Part shown: positions 7,464-15,183 of the stretch, in pieces | Position numbering within the stretch: the first letter of the stretch is position 1 | How the letters are laid out: every line of letters starts with the position of its first letter | Source of the DNA: Xanthobacteraceae bacterium | Lineage (GTDB): Bacteria > Pseudomonadota > Alphaproteobacteria > Rhizobiales > Xanthobacteraceae | Assembly (NCBI GenBank): GCA_025929595.1 | Contig: JAICQA010000001.1 | Coordinates: 1 to 38,228, forward strand | Direction of reading: 5' to 3' | DNA: 38,228 nt | The notes under the pieces: model-generated | Told to the model about the DNA's origin: nothing | Database searches by the model: none | What the model saw: the letters and a program-made list of their open reading frames with translations, nothing else | Program-made: the position numbers and the translations under genes

Positions 7464-8068
7464 TGGACGCGACCCGATTCCCTTTGTCGTGGCCGACTGG
7501 CTGGATTCGCACGAAGTATCGACATCGAGCCAAATTCGGCAAGCGCCAAGGCTTCCAGAAGGATCGCCTGAGTGTTGGCGATGGACTGTCGCGGCTCACC
7601 GGAGAGTTGCGTCGACTCGGCGCCGGGCGAACGATCATCAGCAGCAACCTGCAGACGCGCGGCGACGGTTTGCCATACGCCAATCAGGGCAAGATGCTCG
7701 CCGATCCTGGCGTCGCGGTCTACTTCCACCTAAAGGGCCAGCCGCGCGTGTTGGCCTGTGATAAGTGGGATTCCGCTGCCGACAACATGGCCGCGATCGC
7801 TGGACATATTGAAGCGATCCGAGCGGTCGATCGCTACGGCGTCGGCACCCTTGAGCAGGCATTTGCCGGCTACACCGCCCTGCCGGCGCAAGCCGCGTCA
7901 TGGTTCACGGTGTTGGAGTTTGATCAGCCTCCGGCTTCGTTCGACGTCGTCGAAAAGCGGTTCCGTGAGTTGCTACAAAAACACCATCCCGACCGCGGCG
8001 GCAACGCTGAAACGATGGCAAAGATCAACGCTGCGCGCGACACCGCGAGACAGGAGTTGGTCGCGTAA
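7463..8068 (+). CDS. J-domain (DnaJ-like) protein with conserved prophage N-terminal domain
   Basis: C-terminal J domain WFTVLEFDQPP...FRELLQKHHPDRGGN with an HPD motif. TAATG-coupled. Confidence 0.85.
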   Translation: MDATRFPLSWPTGWIRTKYRHRAKFGKRQGFQKDRLSVGDGLSRLTGELRRLGAGRTIISSNLQTRGDGLPYANQGKMLADPGVAVYFHLKGQPRVLACDKWDSAADNMAAIAGHIEAIRAVDRYGVGTLEQAFAGYTALPAQAASWFTVLEFDQPPASFDVVEKRFRELLQKHHPDRGGNAETMAKINAARDTARQELVA

Positions 8069-8478
8069 TGGGCGCCTCGAACTGGCCCGGTTTGGCCATT
8101 CCCAAGCCTGAGCCTCGGTGGAAATCCAAGAGGAAGAAAGTGACCGAAGAATCCTCGGACATCAAAGACGCCTATCAGCTCGTCGACGAACGAGACGAGC
8201 GGAAGTGTCGTATCTGCCGGCGGTGGGTTGGCGGCATCGGCATGTTGAATGCCGTCCACCATCACCACTTGATCTCGCGGAGCATCGCGCCGAGAGAGAT
8301 CAAGCACACGACCGGCAATATCGCCAGCTTGTGCAACGACTGTCACGACCTTGTCGAGAACTCAGGCTTGCTGCGGATTTCAGGCGACGCTGACGCGCGC
8401 GATCCGAATGGCGTGCTCTGTGGCCTGACGCTAGAACGCGCCGTAGATGGCAACTGGGAAGCGGTGGGCCAGCGATGA
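8068..8478 (+). CDS. HNH nuclease (NinG/Rap-position, possible junction-processing nuclease)
   Basis: VDERDERKCRICRR...AVHHHHLISRS...NIASLCNDCHDLVE (CxxC...HH...N...CxxCH). Confidence 0.75.
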   Translation: MGASNWPGLAIPKPEPRWKSKRKKVTEESSDIKDAYQLVDERDERKCRICRRWVGGIGMLNAVHHHHLISRSIAPREIKHTTGNIASLCNDCHDLVENSGLLRISGDADARDPNGVLCGLTLERAVDGNWEAVGQR

Positions 8479-8999
8479 GCGCGCGCGTCTGGATCGGCGT
8501 GATGCAGGACGGACACTTCCATGCTGACGACGGCCGGGAGTACACCGCGCACTGCGCCGATCTGGACGGCTACGAAGTCGAGCAGGTCATCCGGAAGCGG
8601 CGATCGTCGAGAACCCTTCGTCAGAATCGTTGGTTTCATGCGTTCATGCGGCCCTTGGCCGAGCACTTGGGCTATGAGGTTGAGGATCTGAAGCTCGCCG
8701 GCTTGATCGCGTTGTTCGGCACGGATGTCGTCATGGGTTACACCGTGCCCACAAAGCCGCACACGTCGGATCTGAACACCGAAGAGTTTTCGGATCTCTG
8801 TGAATGGTTTGTGCAGAAGGCCGCGGAGTGCGGCTTCGTCGTGCTCTACCCGGAAGAATTTAAGAGGCAACACCGACGCGGTGCCAAGGGATCACTTGGC
8901 GAGTCCGCTCACCACACGAGTCGTCGCTCTTTGGTTCCTGGTGAGTTGGTGGACTCCGAGGATGCGTGTGCATCCCCGGCCGCGTCGAGGCGAGCGTGA
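8475..8999 (+). CDS. NinB/Orf-like recombination mediator
   Basis: RSSRTLRQNRWFHAFMRPLAEHLG and HTSDLNTEEFSDLCEWFVQKAAECGF parallel lambda Orf RSLDQNRKLWACLGDVSRQV and STSRMRVGEFAELLELIQAFG as I recall them. Confidence 0.55.
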   Translation: MSARVWIGVMQDGHFHADDGREYTAHCADLDGYEVEQVIRKRRSSRTLRQNRWFHAFMRPLAEHLGYEVEDLKLAGLIALFGTDVVMGYTVPTKPHTSDLNTEEFSDLCEWFVQKAAECGFVVLYPEEFKRQHRRGAKGSLGESAHHTSRRSLVPGELVDSEDACASPAASRRA

Positions 9000-9193
9000 T
9001 GAATCGAGCGAACGAGGCGGCAGCCGAGAAGGGTCGGCCATTGACACTAGGTGCCGCACTCATCCGAGTTGGAAGAGCGCCAGAAGCAACAGCGGGGGCC
9101 TCCGCCATTCTGGAAATGCCGCGAGACGGTAGCAGGTATCAAGCCCTGTCCGCTTCGTTCGTTCGGTTGATCAAGTTGAACATTGTGAAGTGA
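8999..9193 (+). CDS. Hypothetical small protein
   Basis: ATG overlaps the preceding TGA (TGATG). No recognised motif. Confidence 0.35.
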   Translation: MNRANEAAAEKGRPLTLGAALIRVGRAPEATAGASAILEMPRDGSRYQALSASFVRLIKLNIVK

Positions 9194-9270
9194 CCGAACG
9201 CCGCGCACCGTCGGCACAGGATTGCCGCAACAGGTCGCCACGAACAAGGCAGGAGCGTTAGGCGTTCGGT
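9193..9270. repeat. 10-bp perfect inverted repeat ACCGAACGCC ... GGCGTTCGGT flanking 58 nt
   Basis: Read directly. Lies in the gap between the recombination and replication modules, and TTGACA follows at 9274-9279. Confidence 0.5.
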
Positions 9271-9359
9271 CCCTTGACAGTGTTTCAACCCGGTGGATCA
9301 GGTGAGCGCGACCGTAACGATCGCGAGACGTGTGTAGATTCGACGAGGCGCGTAACGAA

Positions 9360-9941
9360 ATGACATGGATCAAGGTGGACGACAAAACGCCGAGGCACCC
9401 GAAGATTTCGCCGCTGAGCGATCGGGCGTTCCGTGCGTGGTTCGCTGCCTTGTGCTACGCCAGCGAGTTCCTGACTGACGGGTTACTGCCTGTGGCCTTC
9501 CTGTTGAGCGTGCGCCGGGGTATCCAGGAAGAGGTGATCTCGTCCGGCTTGTGGCGCGTCGATGCGTCCGGCGAGGTGTGGATTCACGACTACCTGGATC
9601 ACCAGCGCGACAAAGCGTCCGTCAGGAAACAGCGAGACGGCGGGCGCGACCGACAGCGGAAGTTCCGTAACGCGCAGCGTAACGCCGTTACTAACAACGA
9701 AGTAACGCGACTAGAGGAGAGTAGAGCAGATCAACCCCCCAACCCCCTTTCAGGGGGCTCGCGTCGAAAGGCAAAGACCAAACTCCGAGCTGTCGAGGTC
9801 GCGCGTGATCCCCTCGCGGTTGAACAAGCCATGGAGACGCAACGGCGGCGCGCTGTGATGGTGGCAGAGGGCAAGACGGACGACGAGATCGCGGCCATCT
9901 TCGACGCTGAGTACGACGCCCGAAAGGCGGCCAGCGCGTGA
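9360..9941 (+). CDS. Replication organizer / initiator-like DNA-binding protein
   Basis: N-terminus MTWIKVDDKTPRHPKISPLSDRAFRAWFAALCYA is typical of phage replisome-organizer N-domains. Basic linker. First gene of the replication block. Confidence 0.55.
   Translation: MTWIKVDDKTPRHPKISPLSDRAFRAWFAALCYASEFLTDGLLPVAFLLSVRRGIQEEVISSGLWRVDASGEVWIHDYLDHQRDKASVRKQRDGGRDRQRKFRNAQRNAVTNNEVTRLEESRADQPPNPLSGGSRRKAKTKLRAVEVARDPLAVEQAMETQRRRAVMVAEGKTDDEIAAIFDAEYDARKAASA
9667..9757. promoter_or_regulatory. Candidate origin: GTAACG iterons (9667, 9679, 9702; inverted 9686-9691) plus hairpin CCCCCT-ttc-AGGGGG (9743-9757) inside the linker-coding part of the replication gene
   Basis: Exact hexamers read from sequence. 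Two further copies lie at 9314-9319 and 9352-9357, just upstream of the gene. Confidence 0.45.
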
Positions 9942-10228
9942 CCGGCATCTTCGTGAAATCTCCCTCGCTCGGCCAGTGCGTCTTCTGCCCGCGATCCTTC
10001 GTCGTCGGTGAGGTGATCTACCTCTGGCACAAGCTCGAGAAGCAGACCGTGTGCGGCTACTGCGCGAAGGAACGCTGGGGCTACGCGCCGAACAACGCGC
10101 CGGTGCTGTCGGCGCCGCCGGCCGAGAAATCCTCGGTCGGGTTCGACTCCACGAGGGCGATCTTGCGCTCGTTGCAGTCGAAGGCGAATCAAAACGATCC
10201 CAAGTTACGACAGTCGGGGGAGCGATGA
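9938..10228 (+). CDS. Zinc-ribbon-like small protein
   Basis: GTGA-coupled start. CVFCP...x27...CGYC four-Cys arrangement. Confidence 0.5.
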   Translation: MTGIFVKSPSLGQCVFCPRSFVVGEVIYLWHKLEKQTVCGYCAKERWGYAPNNAPVLSAPPAEKSSVGFDSTRAILRSLQSKANQNDPKLRQSGER

Positions 10229-10431
10229 GCCAGCATCAATTCGATTTCGGCCTTCCCGCTCGCAAGCAACCGCCCGCTCGATGGGAAGCCGTACTGCGAT
10301 GGGAAGGCGAACGGTTGGCCGTCATCTGGACCGACAACGACGTGCGCGCCTGGTTCCAGTCCTGGGATGTGGCGATCGCTTGCGTGCTGCATCCGTTGAA
10401 CGACAACGTGCTGTTGAGGATCCGCGCATGA
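10225..10431 (+). CDS. Hypothetical small protein
   Basis: ATGA-coupled at both ends. Confidence 0.5.
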   Translation: MSQHQFDFGLPARKQPPARWEAVLRWEGERLAVIWTDNDVRAWFQSWDVAIACVLHPLNDNVLLRIRA

Positions 10432-10784
10432 GCCAACTACCGCTGTCCTTCACCAGCTCGCAGCCGTTCGATCCGCATCTAGCGGTCGCACCGTCACCGC
10501 ATCGTGAGGCGCGAGAAACATCCGCACTCGCGGCGATTGAGAACACGTCGACGTCACGTCGGGCGGTGCAGAACACGCGGATCCTCTCGCTGCTGAATGC
10601 GGCCGGATCGATCGGCCTGAGCGACATCGAGATTCACCGCGCGACCGGATACCCGAGGTCATCGATCTGTGCTCGCAGGGGCTTCGATCTGAAGTCGTTG
10701 ATCGAACCGGCGGCCGAGCGGTACGTCGATCCGCTATCGAAGCGTTCGTATACCAGGTGGAAGTTAAAGCAAAGGGGCGCATAG
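10428..10784 (+). CDS. Winged-helix DNA-binding protein
   Basis: RILSLLNAAGSIGLSDIEIHRATGYPRSSICARRGFDLK resembles MarR-type wHTH. Confidence 0.5.
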   Translation: MSQLPLSFTSSQPFDPHLAVAPSPHREARETSALAAIENTSTSRRAVQNTRILSLLNAAGSIGLSDIEIHRATGYPRSSICARRGFDLKSLIEPAAERYVDPLSKRSYTRWKLKQRGA

Positions 10785-10786
10785 GA

Positions 10787-11416
10787 ATGTTGATTCACCG
10801 CGAATCGTTGGAACTGGCGAAGCTTGCACCGGACGCCGAGGATGTCGGGCAGGCAGCGCTGACCGGAATTGAGATCAAGCCGGACGGTCATGTCGCTGTC
10901 TGCGACGGGCATATGTGGTTGCGTGTGTCAGGGAAGGTCGACGAGCCGTCGCTGTTTGACGCGATTATTCCTGTAGAAGAACGCGAGCACGAAAGCACGA
11001 TCGTTCTACCGGCTGAAGCTGCGCTCTCATTCAACGCGGCGCTGAAGAAGCGAAAAAAGAAGAAGGGTGAGGCCCCTCCGCATGTGGTCATCTCGCAAGA
11101 GGGCGACCAGATCAAAATAGCCAGCAGTGATGGCAAGGTGACCCGCCGGTTCGAAGTGGCGAAGGTTGAAGATCCGTATCCAAATATCGACTCGGTCTTC
11201 AAGAACCATGCGACAACCAAGCGCGTCACGTTCGGCGTGGATCTTTTGCTGGCCTTCCTAAAGACGGTTCGCGCGTGTGGCGGAAACTCGATCGAGATGG
11301 AGTTTGCCGAAAGCGAACTGGCGCCCGTGAGGGTGTCGTCCTATAGCCTCACGGTCGGCAAGATCGACGGCGCCCTGATGCCGCAGCGGCCGGCTGAGAA
11401 GGAAGCGGCGGCGTAG
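10787..11416 (+). CDS. DNA polymerase III beta sliding-clamp-like protein (short, ~2 domains)
   Basis: AVCDGHMWLRVS resembles the ATDGHRLA motif. DPYPNIDSVF resembles FPDYRRVIP. The C-terminal GALMPQR resembles the DnaN ...MPMRL end. Confidence 0.5.
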   Translation: MLIHRESLELAKLAPDAEDVGQAALTGIEIKPDGHVAVCDGHMWLRVSGKVDEPSLFDAIIPVEEREHESTIVLPAEAALSFNAALKKRKKKKGEAPPHVVISQEGDQIKIASSDGKVTRRFEVAKVEDPYPNIDSVFKNHATTKRVTFGVDLLLAFLKTVRACGGNSIEMEFAESELAPVRVSSYSLTVGKIDGALMPQRPAEKEAAA

Positions 11417-11578
11417 ATGAAGTGCGCCTGCGGTCGTCCTGTTCGCCTATCGCAGCGGTCGCCGTTGTGTGCGCTCTGCCATCGTGCGCGCCGGCGTGAA
11501 CGCGCCGAAGAAGCCCGTATCGATCGCCTGTTCCGGGTTGCCTTGTCGACGATCAAGCACTTACGGAGGGCCGCATGA
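11417..11578 (+). CDS. Small zinc-ribbon protein (53 aa)
   Basis: MKCACGRPVRLSQRSPLCALCH (CxC-x12-CxxC). ATG abuts the previous stop and ATGA couples it to the next gene. Confidence 0.45.
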   Translation: MKCACGRPVRLSQRSPLCALCHRARRRERAEEARIDRLFRVALSTIKHLRRAA

Positions 11579-11826
11579 CCAGCGCCTACACCATTAGTGG
11601 CCCGATCGATGAGTTGCCGCCGCCGATCAAACCCTGCGGGAAGTCCCGCGACAACTGGTCGTACGCCTACCAGGCGGCACGCGCTGCGCATGGCCGATGG
11701 GTCGCGATCGACTTCGGCATAGACACATTGAAGGCGCGCAACCTGTCCGCTGTAGCGCGCAAGCGGCACGACTTCGACACCGAGACGCGCGGCGCCGTCT
11801 GTTTCATGCGCTTGAGGTTGCGATGA
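11575..11826 (+). CDS. Hypothetical protein
   Basis: ATGA-coupled ORF. Confidence 0.5.
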   Translation: MTSAYTISGPIDELPPPIKPCGKSRDNWSYAYQAARAAHGRWVAIDFGIDTLKARNLSAVARKRHDFDTETRGAVCFMRLRLR

Positions 11827-12044
11827 GCGATCCCGATCGGTCCGGACCCTACACCTGTCACGGCCCCATGAAGGCGGTGACGCTCGAAGCGTTGACGGGC
11901 GGCACGTTGCGGACAGGCGGCGTCGCGGTGTTCGTCTGCACGTGCGGAATTTGGCGTCACGGCTTTTCGATTCACGAATCGCAGTTGCGATCGATCGTTG
12001 AACAGCACATGCCGGTCTTTTTGGCGAAGGAGAAATCCAAATGA
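11823..12044 (+). CDS. Hypothetical protein
   Basis: ATGA-coupled ORF. Confidence 0.5.
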   Translation: MSDPDRSGPYTCHGPMKAVTLEALTGGTLRTGGVAVFVCTCGIWRHGFSIHESQLRSIVEQHMPVFLAKEKSK

Positions 12045-12160
12045 TGCGCATTGTTGGTGTCGTCGTCATCGCCGTCACCGTTGGCGCCTTCGTCATCTTG
12101 ATCGCGGCGAGCCTTTGGGCCGGCAGGTCCGAGCTCAATGGACGGGACGGATTGTCATGA
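12041..12160 (+). CDS. Small membrane protein (39 aa, one TM)
   Basis: MMRIVGVVVIAVTVGAFVILIAASLWAG. ATGA-coupled on both sides, with high GC3. Confidence 0.45.
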   Translation: MMRIVGVVVIAVTVGAFVILIAASLWAGRSELNGRDGLS

Positions 12161-13380
12161 TCACGTATCAAGGCAGTCTCCGCCTCCCGTACACGCCAGG
12201 TGAAGCGGTCGATCACTTCTCCAATGCCGGCCGGCTCGCATGGGATCGGGAGCGGCAGAAGCTCGCGGTGCAGACGCGGCGAGGACGGTGGAGCTACATC
12301 ACCCTTCCGCCGCCCGTGTTGAGCAACGACGTTAATACCTTGCTGATTGCAGGCTTTGATGGAGCGTTTCAGCCAGCGGCGCCGCCACCGCCATTTCCGG
12401 CAGGCTTCGAGGGCTTCCTCCTCAGAGACGGCGAACAGTATCTGGCGAACGCCTTGGACTACTACGACGCGAACAACATCCGCACGGTCGGGACGTGGGT
12501 CGGCGGGGCGTGGAGGGCCTTAGTCCCGAGCAACATGCAAGGGTATGGCGCCGGGTACGCTTGTTGGACGCCTGACCATTGCCGCGCGGAGCACGGCTCG
12601 TTCATTGTTGGGTGCTTTGGCGTGCCGATCATCACGCGCACGTCGTATGGGCCTGCGGCGTGGGCGTGTGGGGAGGATAACGGCTTCTGGGCTCAGCCGA
12701 TGGTGTATTACCCCGGCCAGCATCCGCTGGGGCAGTACTTCTCCAGTGACCCGCTGTTTAACCATACGTTCCTTGCGGCAGGCTGCGCGGTGGTTGGCCC
12801 GTATCTGGACTTCTACGGCTCGATCGGCATCGGTGAGCCTGGATACGGGATCGGCGTGGCGACACCCGAGGAAGTGCGCGTTGAGACATCCCCTCAGGGC
12901 GACACACATTACGTCTATGACCCGGATTACGTGGGCGGCCCGAAAGGGAATCACGGCTGGCCGTACATCTACGTGCGCCTGCGGTTTCGACGGGCTGACA
13001 TTGTGGCCGCGGTGAATCCGTGGGACGTGGTTCCTGAGGTGCTGCGCTTGCCAGATGAATGGTTCTTGCAGGGCCGAACGCAGTTGGGGACGGTGCGCCA
13101 GAAGCGGCTCTTCGGGATGACCTCCGATGAGCAGGGGCGTATTTTCCTGATGCAGTTGGCGTGCGATCACTCGAATCGAGCCGGGTATTACCCGGTGCTG
13201 CATGTGTTGCACGACAGCGACATGGTGATCCCTGAGCCAGAGCCCGAACCAGAACCAGAGCCGGTGCCTGAGCCTGAGCCTGAGCCAGAACCGATTCCGG
13301 AACCTGTCCCACCGACGATTGATCAGCGGGTGTCTTCTTTGGAAGAGAAGTTGTTACGGATCGCGGAGGCGGCATCGTGA
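12157..13380 (+). CDS. Unknown 407-aa protein with (PE)n linker and short C-terminal helix
   Basis: Long ORF with good codon bias. Aromatic/Gly-rich body, then PEPEPEPEPEPVPEPEPEPEPIPEPVPP and SSLEEKLLRIAEAAS. No family recognised. Confidence 0.7.
   Translation: MITYQGSLRLPYTPGEAVDHFSNAGRLAWDRERQKLAVQTRRGRWSYITLPPPVLSNDVNTLLIAGFDGAFQPAAPPPPFPAGFEGFLLRDGEQYLANALDYYDANNIRTVGTWVGGAWRALVPSNMQGYGAGYACWTPDHCRAEHGSFIVGCFGVPIITRTSYGPAAWACGEDNGFWAQPMVYYPGQHPLGQYFSSDPLFNHTFLAAGCAVVGPYLDFYGSIGIGEPGYGIGVATPEEVRVETSPQGDTHYVYDPDYVGGPKGNHGWPYIYVRLRFRRADIVAAVNPWDVVPEVLRLPDEWFLQGRTQLGTVRQKRLFGMTSDEQGRIFLMQLACDHSNRAGYYPVLHVLHDSDMVIPEPEPEPEPEPVPEPEPEPEPIPEPVPPTIDQRVSSLEEKLLRIAEAAS
13231..13314 (+). repeat. Hexanucleotide (CCN-GAR)n coding repeat specifying the Pro-Glu linker
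   Basis: cctgagccagagcccgaaccagaaccagagccggtgcctgagcctgagcctgagccagaaccg..., read directly. Confidence 0.9.
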
Positions 13381-13877
13381 CACCTCGTCAATTGATTCGG
13401 GTTAAGCAGTCCTATTTACGCGAGCAGAACAAGCGTCAGCCCGAGTGCCTCACTGTTCAGGCGCGCGACTGCTGGCCTCCGAATCTACCTCCGCGCGTGT
13501 TTCAAGTGTGGCGCAATCGGAGGTTTCTTGTACAGGGCTACGTCGAAGATACCGGGATGGTGCGTCTCACCGTCTGTCGCACAACGATGCTCGACAACGG
13601 CCGGATGCAGGATGGCATCACATGGGACGAATTACAGGTGCTAAAGCGAGAGGCCGGCTATGGCGACTACGAAGCCGTAGAAGTCTACCCGCGTGATGGT
13701 CACATCGTCGACGTGGCGAACATGCGTCACTTGTGGGTGTTTCCTCACGGAGAAGGGATGCCGTTCACATGGAATGCCGTTGATCCAGACCTCGTGGCAC
13801 GGAACGCGCTCGCGGACGGCAACCAACTTTCGACTGCGATAGCGAGCGGCGTCAACCGTGGGAGCGAAGCGAAATGA
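13377..13877 (+). CDS. Conserved phage protein of unknown function
   Basis: GTGA-coupled. ITWDELQVLKREAGYGDYEAVEVYPRDGHIVDVANMRHLWVF resembles a recurrent phage DUF pattern. Confidence 0.6.
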   Translation: MTPRQLIRVKQSYLREQNKRQPECLTVQARDCWPPNLPPRVFQVWRNRRFLVQGYVEDTGMVRLTVCRTTMLDNGRMQDGITWDELQVLKREAGYGDYEAVEVYPRDGHIVDVANMRHLWVFPHGEGMPFTWNAVDPDLVARNALADGNQLSTAIASGVNRGSEAK

Positions 13878-14110
13878 TCAACCTCACATGTTGGCTCTTC
13901 GGCCACGATCGCGAACCACTTCGGATTGTTGTCGGCGGCAAGTTATCCCTGCAATGCCAGCGGTGTAAGGCAATACGGACGCCGTTACCGGATCAGTCCT
14001 TGAAGGTGCGATCCACGGTCCAGAGTACGTGGGTGAAAGACGATCAGGCGATTCAGTTACGCGAGCGGCTGTTTGTCCATGGGGCTCGGCAGATTCGACG
14101 GGTGAAATGA
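13874..14110 (+). CDS. DUF1660-like small prophage protein
   Basis: N-terminal CWLFGHD plus a CQRC pair. ATGA-coupled. Confidence 0.5.
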   Translation: MINLTCWLFGHDREPLRIVVGGKLSLQCQRCKAIRTPLPDQSLKVRSTVQSTWVKDDQAIQLRERLFVHGARQIRRVK

Positions 14111-15084
14111 CGACCTGGCAGATTTTAAACGGTGACGTGCGCGAGATGCTGAAGGGCTTGCCCGATCAGTCGGTGCGAACGTGCGTCACCAGTCCGCCGT
14201 ATTGGGGCTTGCGGGACTACGGGCATGCCGGCCAGATTGGCGTCGATGCCACTCCTGCCGAGTACGTCGCTCAGTTGGTGGAGGTGTTCGGTGAGGTGTG
14301 GCGTGTCTTGCGGAAGGACGGGACCGTATGGCTGAACCTTGGCGATAGCTACCAAAACGCCAAGGGGCAGGCCGGCGGCATCGATCCAAAGCAAAAGAAT
14401 CGTCGGCACGGCCTACGACCACAGGACCGATCCATTCCCGGCCTCAAGCCGAAAGACCTTGTGGGTATCCCGTGGGAGGTCGCCCTGGCGCTCAGAAAGG
14501 CTGGCTGGTGGCTCCGCAGGGACATCATCTGGAACAAGCCTAACGCGCATCCTGAGCCCGTTACTGACCGTCCCAGCACGTCGCACGAATACGTGTTTCT
14601 GCTGACACGATCACGGTATTACTACTTCGACGGAAAGGCCATTGGCGATGCACCGTCCGACCCGATGTTGAAACAGATTGCCGAGGGCTACAACGGGAAG
14701 GCAACGCGCGACTATGGCAAGGCTGGTGCTCCTCATCCGAGCGCGATAAAGCTTCGCGTCATCAATTCGGCCCGCCGGCGGATAGAGCGTGACGGGTTCC
14801 TGTGGGTGAACGCCCGATCGGTGTGGAGTATCAACACGGCCGGCAGCGGCGGCGAAGATCACCCGGCGCTGATGCCAGAAGAGTTGGCCGCGAAGTGCAT
14901 CCTCGCCGGCAGCAAGGAAGGCGATACGGTGCTCGATCCGTTCGCCGGCTCTGGCACCACTGGAGCGGTGTCCGTGCGGTTGCAGCGCAGCTTCATCGGC
15001 TGCGAGTTAAACCCTGATTACGTGCAACTCGCCAGGACGCGCATCGGCGGCATTGCCCCGCTCTTAGCTTCGGAGGTCGCATGA
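14107..15084 (+). CDS. DNA methyltransferase, beta-class N6-adenine/N4-cytosine (N6_N4_Mtase family)
   Basis: Motif IV TSPPYWGLRDYG precedes motif I VLDPFAGSGTTG. Also IIWNKPNAHPEP and HPALMPEELA. Confidence 0.95.
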   Translation: MTTWQILNGDVREMLKGLPDQSVRTCVTSPPYWGLRDYGHAGQIGVDATPAEYVAQLVEVFGEVWRVLRKDGTVWLNLGDSYQNAKGQAGGIDPKQKNRRHGLRPQDRSIPGLKPKDLVGIPWEVALALRKAGWWLRRDIIWNKPNAHPEPVTDRPSTSHEYVFLLTRSRYYYFDGKAIGDAPSDPMLKQIAEGYNGKATRDYGKAGAPHPSAIKLRVINSARRRIERDGFLWVNARSVWSINTAGSGGEDHPALMPEELAAKCILAGSKEGDTVLDPFAGSGTTGAVSVRLQRSFIGCELNPDYVQLARTRIGGIAPLLASEVA

Positions 15085-15183
15085 ACGGTGATCACGGTGC
15101 AGATCAGCATCGAATGCGAAGCGAGCGGACCGATCACCCGACAGAGCGCAGCGAAGAAAACCACATTCTCGAATTAGGTTTCT

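Noticed and set aside
11341-12216. 291-aa minus-strand ORF
   Set aside because: It lies across five tightly coupled plus-strand genes. Arg/Ser/Ala-rich off-frame composition.
13231-13314. Short-period tandem repeat that could be mistaken for a non-coding VNTR or CRISPR-like array
   Set aside because: The period is 6 nt with no spacers, and it lies in frame inside a long ORF, where it encodes a Pro-Glu linker.
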